From: Hydrolagus colliei
Taxonomy: Eukaryota
Reading direction: 5' to 3'
Assembly: GCA_035084275.1 (NCBI GenBank)
Contig: CM068756.1
Span: 4,278,001 to 4,342,000 of the forward strand
Length of the DNA: 64,000 nucleotides
Below, piece by piece: positions 38,631 to 50,654 of the stretch. The notes beneath the pieces were generated by a model. The model did no database searches and was not told where the DNA came from. It worked only from the letters and a program-made list of their open reading frames with translations. Numbering within the stretch: the first letter of the stretch is position 1; the number at the start of each line of letters is the position of its first letter. Both the position numbers and the translations under genes were made by a program.

Positions 38631-41509
38631 AATTATATTTAATTGTATTCTTCTACTGTCCTGGGTAAAGGTGAGCACACAATAGGAGGAGGAAGGAAAG
38701 GACACATGCTTATTTTCCAGTTTAAAAAAATCTCAATTCTTGCAAGAACAACATTAATAAATTTAGTAAGAATCATCTGAAGTGAGGGTGCTGTGTTTGC
38801 AGGCGACATGTGCGTGTGTTATGTGTCACGTTGCTGTCACATCGCTAAGGAGCACCAGCACACTTCAGTATTACTGTCAGCTGACACATCCAAATGTTTC
38901 CCGAGAGAGAAAGAAAACATTATAAATCAACACTATTTATGTTGTTTTTTTCATTCTTGAGAGGTGTAAAATGTCATTCACCATCGTGTCGTTCCTCCCG
39001 ACATGCAAGGTTCTGTATAAATGAAATTTGTTGTTGTTGTTTGTTGTTGTGAGACCTGTTGAAAGCCACTTTTCTGAAGCTGTAAATACAGAGCCCTATG
39101 TCCTATATGTACTTACACTTTACTGTATTTATGTGTTTTGCCTACAAATAACCAGTCAATTCACTTTTCAACCTAGTCTGCAAAATGCTTTGCAGCTCAA
39201 CAATGTGATAAGCTGCTATATCAAATGCTAGGATTATTATTAATATTATTATTATTACACTCATGTAATTGCTATCTGGCTTCCCTTCTGTTACAATACC
39301 CACCAAAGCTGGAAGGTAACATTTCAAAATTGAGATTTGCAAATCAGGTTTTGCACTGAATTCCGTTCTCCACACTTCAACCTTGTGGGTTTTTATTAAA
39401 GCTGATTAGATCACGTGGCTTGTTGGCTTCCTCTGGAGGGTGAAGTCATTATTTTTGCAAGTTCACTGTCATTTTCTGATATTCTTCTATCAAAGCTAAA
39501 GAGGCACTTATTACAAATGGCTTTTAGAAATGTTGAACGCACTTGGGATTTCACTTGTGCAACTGGCTTTTGTATGCAAAGAACAATGCCAGTGCTCACA
39601 GTGTTTAATCATTCCAACTTGCCATTTGTTGAATCATTCAGACAGTAGACCTCTGGCTTCAGATAAATACTCCATTAAAAGGTTAGTGTCATCCCACTGG
39701 GGAGAGTTGGAATGTGATCAATTATGTTGAGAAAAGCTAGGTTGTTACCAGTGACAACACTATTGTTCAAAGCGAGGGGAGCTTGAAATTCTCCAAGCTG
39801 AATTCAATATTTTATGAAGAGTTTTGACTGTGTGCTCTTCACACAGAAGATTCTTCATGAAAATTAACATATTTAACCCCTAGCGTGAAATGATCAGACA
39901 CAGAGTGAATGAGAAGTCTTTACTTACTCAGAGAGTTTTCAGTTATTAATTTTTTTTGTTTAAGACAATAGTTGTAGAGTGTGCTGCTATTACACCAGAT
40001 GTCTTTCATGGGCTTAGTGAATGTTTTTGTCACCGAGTTGGTATGTGTAAACATGTATATAACAAGCAGTTTAAATATCTCATGTAGACCTATGTGTGAG
40101 TCACCCTGTATATTTCATTATCTAGAGTGGGAAAACAAAAGTAAAATAATTAAAAATAAATATGTAATAAATTTATACTACAAATTCAGTGAATACCAAT
40201 ACTACAACTAGTACTAATAATAAATTGTAAACCTTACAATCGATATAGCACTTCATCACATCATCACATCTTTGAAATGTCTTGAAGCGCTTCACGGGAT
40301 ATACTGTAAAGCGATGCGACTGTGTGTTTTGATGGTGAGCAGTTTGTCCAAAAAACAAAGAAACAATGGATATTCTTGTAAAAAACTACAAAAGGAGGGA
40401 ATTTACCAAAAAATCTTAAAATTGTTATGGGCATTTATTGGGTAAAAAATCTTTTGTTCACCTCACATACAGCTTTTAATGATGTGCGACTATAATGGGA
40501 AATTTCATTAGTGTCAGAGATTGCCAAAAATGATGTATGTATCACTGAGAATCTTTCCATGTGTGCACATTAAATTAATGGAAATAAATAGACCTTGCCT
40601 CTCTGTGTCTCACATCATCCTGCATGAAGTGTCCATACTATATATTTACCAATGAACTGCATTTCATGACACAGCGGCAATTTCAGCAATTACAATAATT
40701 ACTGCTCTTTTCAATTGTCCCCATGCCAGTAAAATAGCTTAAGCAAAATAAGTAAACTGATAACTCCATTAAGACCAGTTCTGTTATGAAACAGAGGTTG
40801 TCGAAAGGGGTATGGGGATAAGGCAGGAGCTGAATTGAATTGACCTCAATGGGCTGACTCAATGATTTCCTGAGCTGTAGATTACTTTCTGTTGGGGGAA
40901 AGAATCTGATTTGAATAAGTTAAACTAATATTTCTTACTCTTTTTTGGACACTATAAGGTGCTTACTCAGTCAAATTGGAAATAGGACTTGGGGATATAG
41001 GGGAAAATTTGATAATTTCTTTCACTCAACTGTAAAGCTTCCTTTATCCCTCACTGTGATGCAATATTTGGTGCATAATACTGTACACTCGCACTATAAT
41101 TAAAGGTTAATCACTTTAAAATTACAGGTTCTAATTTAATTGTATCATTATATATTCTTCATTTAAAAAGGCAATTATAATATTAATTTTATATCTCATG
41201 GGGGTGTGAGTTTGTTTTAATATAATACAAAGTCTAATTATTTTTTAAATTTTCCCCCAAATGCCATGTGCCTCCCTGCTTCTGGACTCTTCTTGCTGAG
41301 CGCAGTTTCATGGAGACAACTTGCCCTCTGATACCCCCACCCAAGTCGCCGTTGTTCAAGTGTGAAGCTGAGCAGTGTAGAACCCTGGTAAATTAACCAG
41401 GGTTAATTGGTTAATTTAGTCTCAACCATGCATCCCTGGCTAAGACCAGCAAACTCAGCACTCACCATTTCAACCATCAAGTCTAAGATGAAGCTTCCCC
41501 TTCTTTACC

Positions 41510-41903
41510 CCCCCCCCCCTCCCCCCACACTATCACAAGCACAACTCCAGACACCCTCTCTGATGTTTTGTTTGTTCTATCATCACTAAACCCTTCTTCT
41601 CCCCAGTTTTGTTTAAACTCATCCCCTTTTGTTTCTCCCCCTGAAGTCGTTATCACATATTCAACCCATCAGTTAACACACTCTTTTTTTCTTTTTCCTT
41701 TGTCTTCTTTGTCTTCCATGTCCTGCCTCTCCCCCTCTAACGTCCTTAAAAAACCTCTCCCTCCAAACAAGCCCCAGTTCTGACGAAGGGTTGTAGACCC
41801 GAAACGTTGACTCTTTTCCCTTTCTCCATGGATGCTGCCTGACCTGCTAAGTTTCCCCAGCAACTTCTGTTTTTGTTTCAGATTCCCAGCATCTGTAGTA
41901 TTT
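41510..41903 (+). mobile_element. Penelope-like element terminal-repeat fragment
   Basis: Pyrimidine-rich leader, then a hammerhead core and a 126-nt block also present inverted at 58824-58949; 5' boundary approximate. Confidence 0.6.
41776..41812 (+). ncRNA. Minimal type I hammerhead ribozyme motif
   Basis: agtt-CTGACGA-a-gggt(tgtag)accc-GAAA-cg-TT-gact: catalytic core, stem II, palindromic ACGT in place of stem III, GUU cleavage triplet, short stem I. Confidence 0.72.
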
Positions 41904-42535
41904 AGTGTTTTGAATAACATCATCAATTTCATTTGTTGAATCTAATACTCTGTATAGAATATGATGCATTCCTGAGTGTTTGAGTACAACACTCCTACAT
42001 AGTATTTGTATTACTGGATGTGACAGTAGGTAAGGATACTCAAGTGGAGTATAAACCCTGGCACAAACTGGTTGGGTTGGTTGATCTACAGTCTATGTAT
42101 ACCTATGTAATAGTCAGGATTATACCATAATTACCTGTTTTTCTGGAGTAAAACTTGTGTGTGACTTTATTAATAATACATTATAATTGAGCAACAATGC
42201 ATCTATTCAAACAATAATCGAAGGAATGAAACAAGAAATCCAATTTCATTTAGAAATCAAAGTCAGGGGTGTGCAACCTGGAACTGAGGAAAATAGTCAG
42301 CAGTCAGGAATTTATTAATACTGTAATTGGTCTCCAGTGTTGGGTTTGGTAGAGCATACACTTAACGATGATTTTATTAATAAACTTCAAAGCTGTTAGG
42401 GATAAAGTTGACACTTCTCACTTTCTTGGTTTAATGCCAGTAATTGCTGTTTGATATATGGTCCAAAGTTAGGATAGTCACCCACCAGTGAAGCTCATTA
42501 TCACACGCATGAATATGCAATAGTCACTTGGTTGG

Positions 42536-43625
42536 AACAACAACAACAACAAATTACACTTATAAAGCGCCTTTCACGTCGGGAGGACGTCCCAAGGCGC
42601 TGCACAGGAGGCGTGTGACCCGAGCTGGGAAGGGAGTGTACGGGAAGGGGTGAGACAAGTAGGGGAGGTCGAAGAATTCGGGGTGGAACAAAAGGCACGG
42701 TTGAAGAGGAAAGTCTTCAAACCGGCCTTGAAAGAGGAAAGGGAAGAAACGAGACGGAAGGATTGGGGGATGGAATTCCATAAGGTCGGAGCAGAAAAAC
42801 TGAAGGCCTGGCCTCCGATGGTGGGGCGGTTCGGGCGGGGGGCTTGGAACAGGCCAAGTCCTGCTGAACGGAGGGTCCGGGTGGGCTTGTAGGGGGAGAG
42901 TAAATTGGTTAAGTAGGGCGGGGCAAGGCCATGTAAGACCTTGAAGGTGAGGATGAGGATCTTGAACTCGATCCTCTGGAGGATGGGGAGCCAGTGGAGA
43001 CGGGCGAGGGTGGGGGTTATGTGGTCGTGGATACGGGTGCGGGATAGTACATGGGCTGCAGAGTTTTGGATGACCTGCAGCCTGTGAATGGAGGAACTGG
43101 GGAGGCCGACGAGGAGAGAGTTTCCGTAGTCCAGCCTTGAGGTGATGTACGCGTGCACGAGTGTTTCGGCAGCGCTGGGGGTAAGATAATTGCGGAGCCT
43201 GGCAATGTTGCGCAGGTGGAAGTAAGCGGTGCCGGTCAAGGCGCGGATGTGGGGGAGGAAGGAGAGTTTTTGGTCGAACGTGATGCCGAGGTTCCTGACT
43301 GGCTTTGTGAGGTGGAGAGTACAGCCTTGGATGTTGAGGCTGGCAGCGCTTGATGTGCGGCGGCGCTGGCTTGAGCCGATAAGGAGGGCCTCGGTCTTAC
43401 TCACTTTCAATTGGAGGAAGTTGTCCCTCGTCCAGGACTCCATGTCGGACAGACATGCTGTCAGAACATCGATGGTCTGGGTGTTGAGGGATGAGGCAGA
43501 AAGGTACAGCTGGGTGTCGTCCGCATACATGTGGAAATTTACCCCATGTTTGCGGATGACATCGCCCAGAGGGAGCGTGTAAATGGTGAAAGGGAGGGGG
43601 CCGAGGACAGAGCCCTGAGGAACGT
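42536..43625 (-). mobile_element. 5'-truncated L2 LINE with an uninterrupted RT C-terminal ORF
   Basis: 355-aa ORF with [42 protein letters not shown]; (GTT)n tail. Confidence 0.95.
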
Positions 43626-44351
43626 TACTTTCCAAGACCATTTAATGCAGTGGTGTGTGCTAATTAATAATTATGCCAGCAGTTGTCCATTATTTTGCCC
43701 ACACACTCACATGCCTACTTGTATTCCACTCAAATAGAATGAGTAATTCAAATAGAATTTCAGCAGCTCTTTCGTAACAGCTATGTAATAGTTCGCGGTA
43801 TTGACGGCATTTTTTGGTTAAAATCTTCATATTTATACTTATAAACAACCCTTGATTCAGTTAAAAGTAAGTCATGCATTAACAGCAATCAAGAAAACAG
43901 TTAGTGCGTATGCGTCCTGGTGAGACAATCTCAATGACACTATCACAGTCTGAGCCTGGCTCAGTTGATAGTTCTCTTGCTTCTGGTTTAAGAAGATTGT
44001 TGGTTTGAGCCCTAGATTATAGGTCCAGGCTGACACTCCAATGCATTACTTGGGGAGCTTTGCATTACAGAGATGTTGTCCTTCGGCTGGATGCCAAACC
44101 TTAATCAGATGGACATTGAAGATCCCAGTTTACAGATCGGAAATGATGTCACTGATGGCCATTCGTATATTTACAGCTCCTATCCCTGATCCTATTCCTT
44201 TTCCCTATGGCTCTCTGAACTAAAATGCCAATGACTCACGTGTCCCTTTGCACCGTTGATGTGCTATTGCGGTAAGTTATATTATTGCACAGTTACTCCA
44301 GTCCTTCTGAAACATGGTGGAGCTGTATCCTGGCCTCTGTATGTTAAATAG

Positions 44352-44606
<255 letters not shown>

Positions 44607-45641
44607 TAATTTTTATGAGTTATAATTCTGTGTTTCTTTAAATTGATTTCCTGCCTGGTTCCTTTATTCTCCCTCACGAGAGTCATTTGCACAAAGCTCA
44701 CAGACAGGCTGCGTGGCTCATGGCAACTTGAGCCTATTGTTCCTGTGTGCAGCTGAAGACTAAAATTTAGGGATTTTAAATCATAAACAATGTGGGTGTC
44801 CAAGACGTTGGTGATTCAGAGTGTTTATTGCACTCCACTACCAAAGCAATGGTAATTGAAGACTCCATAACTTTGGACATCCATATCCAGTGAGCTTACA
44901 TCAGGAGAAATTAGGTAAGTGAAATGGGATGATTGTTTTCCCTTGTGCTATCATTTGCAAAAAGCATTTGTTGCATTAGTCCAGTTTCCTCAAACAGGAA
45001 ATGTGACTGACTCCCACCCTCTCACTCCTCTGCCCCCCAACCTCAGCATTAAGACATCCAAAAATAAATGCCTTGTTTTATATCAGTTTGTTTGGCATAG
45101 AACAGGGTTGAAGTTGCAATCTTCTAGGATGGATGACTTGATTTTACACTGTGCAATGCCTTTTCCCACCAAGCCATTGGGTGAGTTAAGCAATAAGAAA
45201 CAAAACAGCTTTACTGATGGCTATAAAGAGAGTAACTAAAAATCCTTTCTGTGGTACAAAAAAAAAGATATTTTTCTAAGTAATAATGAATATTTTTCAC
45301 AATTTCATAAGTTCAGACCTTTTTCTTCAGTTCATAAACTGAAGATGTATAAAGACTTTTTTAAAAAATTGTAGAACTTGTAAAAACTCTCCAAATTTAG
45401 TGTAATTTTGCAGTTCAGATCAACGATTCCAAAATCCAAAGATTTCATAGCAATTTTTCTTACTAACCTGCCATTGAACTGTCTAAACTACTACTAAATA
45501 ATGGCTTTTCTCTATTCAGTCAAAAATGAAGGACGATTGGAAACAAAACAGAGTCTTTTTTATTCTTTGAGCTGAAATAAAATATTAATTTGGTTTGTTT
45601 TCCAATTTCACTTTTGTGTGTTCTAACTTGATGCTTTGCAG

Positions 45642-45716
45642 ATTGTGGCTCAAAAGAGGATGACAAAGCCCTTGTTCCTAAAATATGGCAAATATGCTGG
45701 AAAATCTACAATTACG
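45642..45716 (+). CDS. CPNE7: CPNE7 coding exon 3
   Basis: IVAQKRMTKPLFLKYGKYAGKSTIT; 75 nt. Confidence 0.95.
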
Positions 45717-45866
45717 GTGGGTTAATGCAATTTGTGACTGCGATGGATGATCATACATACATAATTAATTAGTCAGAAATTAAAATGTTTAGTAATAATC
45801 CTTGCATTTAATATAGTGCCTTACCATGTAGTCAAGTCCCAATGGCGCTTCAGAGAATATATTTGT

Positions 45867-46177
45867 GGAGTCCTGTAGCTCTGTGGTTAGAGCATTCACC
45901 TTGCAAGTGAAAGACCTGGGTTCGATTCCAGGCAGGGCGAAACCTTGAGCAGGTTTCCTTACTCCACACACCTGAAAATAATCCCTCAAGAAAAAAAAAC
46001 GATGGTAAATTAGTCATTTCTATCTATGGCTATTTGTAGGATGCTGCTGTGTGCAAATGGCTGCCACATTTCACCCACAAAAATACAGTCAACTCACTTT
46101 ACAGTATGTTCTATGAAAGGCTTTGAGACATCTAGAAGACGTGATAAGGCACTATATCAAATGCAATGATTATTATA
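45867..46177 (+). mobile_element. tRNA-derived SINE directly preceded by an inverted tail fragment (45793-45860)
   Basis: Well-preserved head with anticodon arm ttcac-ctTGCaa-gtgaa and B box ggttcgattcc. Confidence 0.88.
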
Positions 46178-47189
46178 AGGTAAAGTGGTTTCCTGGAAAC
46201 ACAGAAACAGGTGTAGGATATTCAAGTCTGTTCCACCATTTTATAAAATTATGGCTGATCTGTGCTGCAAATCCAATTGCCCTGTCTCACTTAATATGCT
46301 TAATATACTTAATATGCTGACTAACAAATATCTATCTACTTATGTCTTGAAGATGTGACTGGTTCTAGCATGCAAAGTCTTTTGGCTGGGAGGGTTCCAA
46401 TTCTCCACTGCTCTTTGGGTGAAAAGTTTTGACCATGTGTTTTGTGGGTGAAATGCACCCAACATTTAAGGGGAAGTTGATAAATCAAGTTACAATAATC
46501 TGCCAAATAAAACTCATGGTTGGTTAGTTCATAGCTAGCAGGAAAAAACAGATTAAGTTAGGAAGCATGCACCAATGTTGTGTGTCATTTATTATCACCC
46601 GCCTCTCTTCCATACCCCTGGCAGATAATTTAATGAAAGTGCTTTTAATTAAAGAGGCATTCATTGGATGCTGTGAAATTGTGGCTGTGTTTCTGTATTT
46701 TCAACTGTTCCATTTATCCGATCACTCAAAGCGGTGCTCAAAGCGTTGCTTCCAATTGCGGCTTGTTGTTCAATCTCTTCATTATTTTGTAAAACACAAC
46801 AGAAGTGTTCATTTGGGTTCAGCAAGCCCTCTGCCCCCAGGATGTTTGCTTTGTGTTGCTGTTCATGTTCAATTCAGGGTGACAAACTGCAAAAGACTTC
46901 GGATACCTTGGATCCATATGAATGAAGCGAACGAGCACAGCGAACAAAAGCTCAAATTCAGTAAAAGCAAACAAACACACTGTTTTCAAGCTGTGTCGTT
47001 CGCTCTTACTAAATTTTAGATTTTTTCCAACATTTGAGTGAAGTGGCAGCAAATTCTGAATCATACATTGATAAGCAGGGAAGTTGTAGTACAGGCTGGT
47101 TTCACTGAAATTGAATTCACTGGGGGAAATCTGAGTGAATGATTGCAGTGAGGACTATTGTAAAGATTATTTCATTTTTCTGTTAACAG

Positions 47190-47264
47190 ATTATTGCAGA
47201 GGAAATAACTGGAAACAATGGATACGTGGAACTGGCGTTTTGTGGCAAGAAGTTGGATGATAAG
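47190..47264 (+). CDS. CPNE7: CPNE7 coding exon 4
   Basis: IIAEEITGNNGYVELAFCGKKLDDK; 75 nt. Confidence 0.95.
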
Positions 47265-47758
47265 GTACATCAGATATCTGGGCAGTGTGCTCAGAATGTA
47301 CAAAGTGAATCTTTTATATCCTGGATCTTCTGAACTTTGATTATTTTGTTTAGTGGTTCGACCCAGATCGTGTGTCAATCATTGTGAGATTTGAGCAGAA
47401 AGATTGTCTTTGAAGAGGTTGCTTCCTTTGGTGAACATGATAAGGCTTGTTCAGCAACATGGATTCATGCCTTAACATAGATTAATTTCTGCAAATATTA
47501 TTTTGTACCAATTCCATTTTGTTTTAGAAAACTTGCTATTGACTGAAAAGATTAGAATATTTTCTGGAAGCAATATGTTGTCTATTTTGGAGATGGGACA
47601 TAGACAGATCCACAGTTTGCCATAGTATTAGAGTCCACAGATATGTTAGCTTTTCTGGTGGAAATGGTCACATTCCAGGAAAGCTCAGAGTAGCAAAAAA
47701 CAATAACACTTGTGTCCAGGCAAAACTCAGCAACATGTTATATTCCTTTCATTTACAG

Positions 47759-47842
47759 GACCTTTTCAGTAAATCGGATCCTTTCTTGGAAATTTATCGG
47801 ATCAATGATGATGATTCTGATCAGCTTGTCTACAGAACTGAG
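47759..47842 (+). CDS. CPNE7: CPNE7 coding exon 5 (C2B)
   Basis: DLFSKSDPFLEIYRINDDDSDQLVYRTE; 84 nt. Confidence 0.96.
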
Positions 47843-49602
47843 GTAGGGAAACGATTGCTGGAACATGGATTTGCTGGAAGATCGATGGATGTGAATATGA
47901 CCCATAGTGGTCAGCAGTGAAAATTGTGTATTACACCACTGTGTTTGCACTGTGAGATGAACAGGACAGAGTCATTTCAAATGTAATGAATATATACGTT
48001 CAAAATCACATTGCCATGTTATTGGTGGTGAATTCCATTTAGATCCCCACAAAATGCACAATATTTATTCTGGCCTTTCATACACACTATTATCCAATAG
48101 CTCCTCAAATCAAGGTGGAGGGATTTTGACAGAAGTGGGGGTGGGGTGGGGAGAGGTGGGGAGACCGAGAGAGTTAAGGAATGGCAGAGTGGAAGGTACG
48201 ATTATTAAGTAACTCTTTAATTCTCAGCTCCAATACTCCAACCACAAACCCACAACCCCAAATACATTCCTTCTTGTAGTTCCTGCTCTTATCTCATTGG
48301 TTCTTCTCCAACTCCATTTTCTTGTAAAGGGATATCCAACAGAGGGATGAGTAGAGGAGTAATAATAATAATAATATATAATATTATTTGATATAACACT
48401 TTTCACATCTTCAAGACGTCTCAAAGCGCTTTACAGAATATACAATACTGTAAAGTGAATTGACTGTATATATGTGGGCGAAAAGCATAAATCACAGAGT
48501 TGGGTTGTGCAAAAACATGAAGATACTAGAAGTTGATCCATGGGGACAGATGGTGAAACAATGGAGCTGGGCTGACAGAGCGTGGGGGGAGGTAAGGTGA
48601 GCTATGAAGTCCTGGGTGAACTGGAAGTTGTGGAGGAGAAGTAAGGAGGAAGCCATTGGAGAAGTTAGTCTAGAGATGGACAGGAGACAGGTATCTTTGG
48701 TCCGTGAAAATAAGTGTCTTTTATTGGAGACAGTCATCTAGTCAAGCCACTTCTATTGCTTCAAAATCTCTTGCTTAACTTTAGGAAACAAACTTACTAA
48801 AATGAAAATATATAGGACAGAGCATTGCACGAAACACTCAGTAAATTATATACATTAAACCCAAGACGAAAGATTTTATTTTATAATCTTTTGTCAAGAC
48901 CACTCAGATGTTAACAATAATTTGAGATCTCAGACGTTTAATAAGCTTGTCACTCACTGACGCATCACAGTGGGCGGGAATGAACATTGCTTTAACTGCT
49001 GGGTTAGTAATTAAAATCCTTTAACTCCCCATTTATCGTCTTTTAGTTGTTAAGGCTCATGAAGAAATTCTATTGCAAGTCTTAAAAAAAATGCTACCAA
49101 AATCATTCCATATGAAAATCCTCATTGAAACTGTCGATGACAGCACTAAGTGATTTCTGAACTGTTCATTAAAGCTTTTGGATGTGAAGAGTTGTACAGC
49201 ATGCAATTTGTGTCTATTTGGGATATGCAATTACATACATTTGGAACATAATTTCAAACCTAATCAAAGTGTGCAATGCTGTGCTTAGCTTTTAAAGGGA
49301 AAAGTAGAAGTAGATCTTGAAACTCAGTGTTACAATGGAGCAGGTGGGGATTCAACAACCTACCAGCATTATCACAACTATTTTGTGGGACATCCTCCTG
49401 ACATGAAAGACACTATACAAATGTAATTTGTTGTTGTGCAAAAAATTGGCTGCCGCGTTCATCCGCAAAACACAAAGTCAGTCTACTTTGCAGTATTTCC
49501 CTGTGAGGCAGTTTGAGACGGCTTGCTGATGTGAGGGAAGCCATACCGAATGTAAGGATTATTATTATTTATCATTATCATTCTGTTTGTTTCCTTTTTC
49601 AG

Positions 49603-49692
49603 GTTATCAAGAACAACTTGAATCCAGTATGGGATCCTTTTAAAGTGTCCCTGAGCTCACTTTGTAGCTGTGAAGAAAAGAGAAAACTGAAG
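49603..49692 (+). CDS. CPNE7: CPNE7 coding exon 6
   Basis: VIKNNLNPVWDPFKVSLSSLCSCEEKRKLK; 90 nt. Confidence 0.96.
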
Positions 49693-50429
49693 GTACAAGA
49701 ATACACTTTTAATGCGTCATTTTGCAGTATTAACAAACTACACTTATATAATGCACACATCAAATAGCAAAAACCTCTCAAAGCACTTCACAGAGCTGGA
49801 CTGGAGAACATGGTAGAGTGGGAGATAGGGAGGGTAGGACGGAGGCGACTGCATTACCTAAGGTAGGTAATCTGGAGGGTTTTTGAAAGCTGAGAGAGAG
49901 GACGTGAAACATAGGGATTTAGGGATAGTGTTCAGTAGTAGGAGCTCTTGTGGTAAGAATGACGGGTGAAGAATAAAGGAATGAGAAAAAGAAAATAAAA
50001 CACGAAGGGCAAAGGGACAAGTAGGACTGAGAAGTGAAAGAAGAGATGAGGAGAAAGAGGAAAAACACAGGGTACTGTACTTGGAAATTCAAGAGATTCG
50101 AAATTTTGGGTTAAAACATTAACTTTGTCAACAGTAGAATCCATTATAACCAGACATATTTAATTTAGTTTCATGACTACTGAGAATTGCCCGTCACTAA
50201 ATGCGCTTATAGCATTAAAGGGTATAGATAATATTGGCTTCTCCATCCCATGGGATAGAAACTACTGACTAACACACTGTAGAGGATTCAATGAGAACTG
50301 ACGAAACGCATTACAAGGCAGACCATCAGATTGGAGTGCTAAACTGAGTTCCTACCTGCCTGTTCTGGTGGACTATTTGAAGAGAGAACAGAGTTAGCAT
50401 TTACTTTTAATACATTTTCTGTTTTCTAG

Positions 50430-50654
<225 letters not shown>

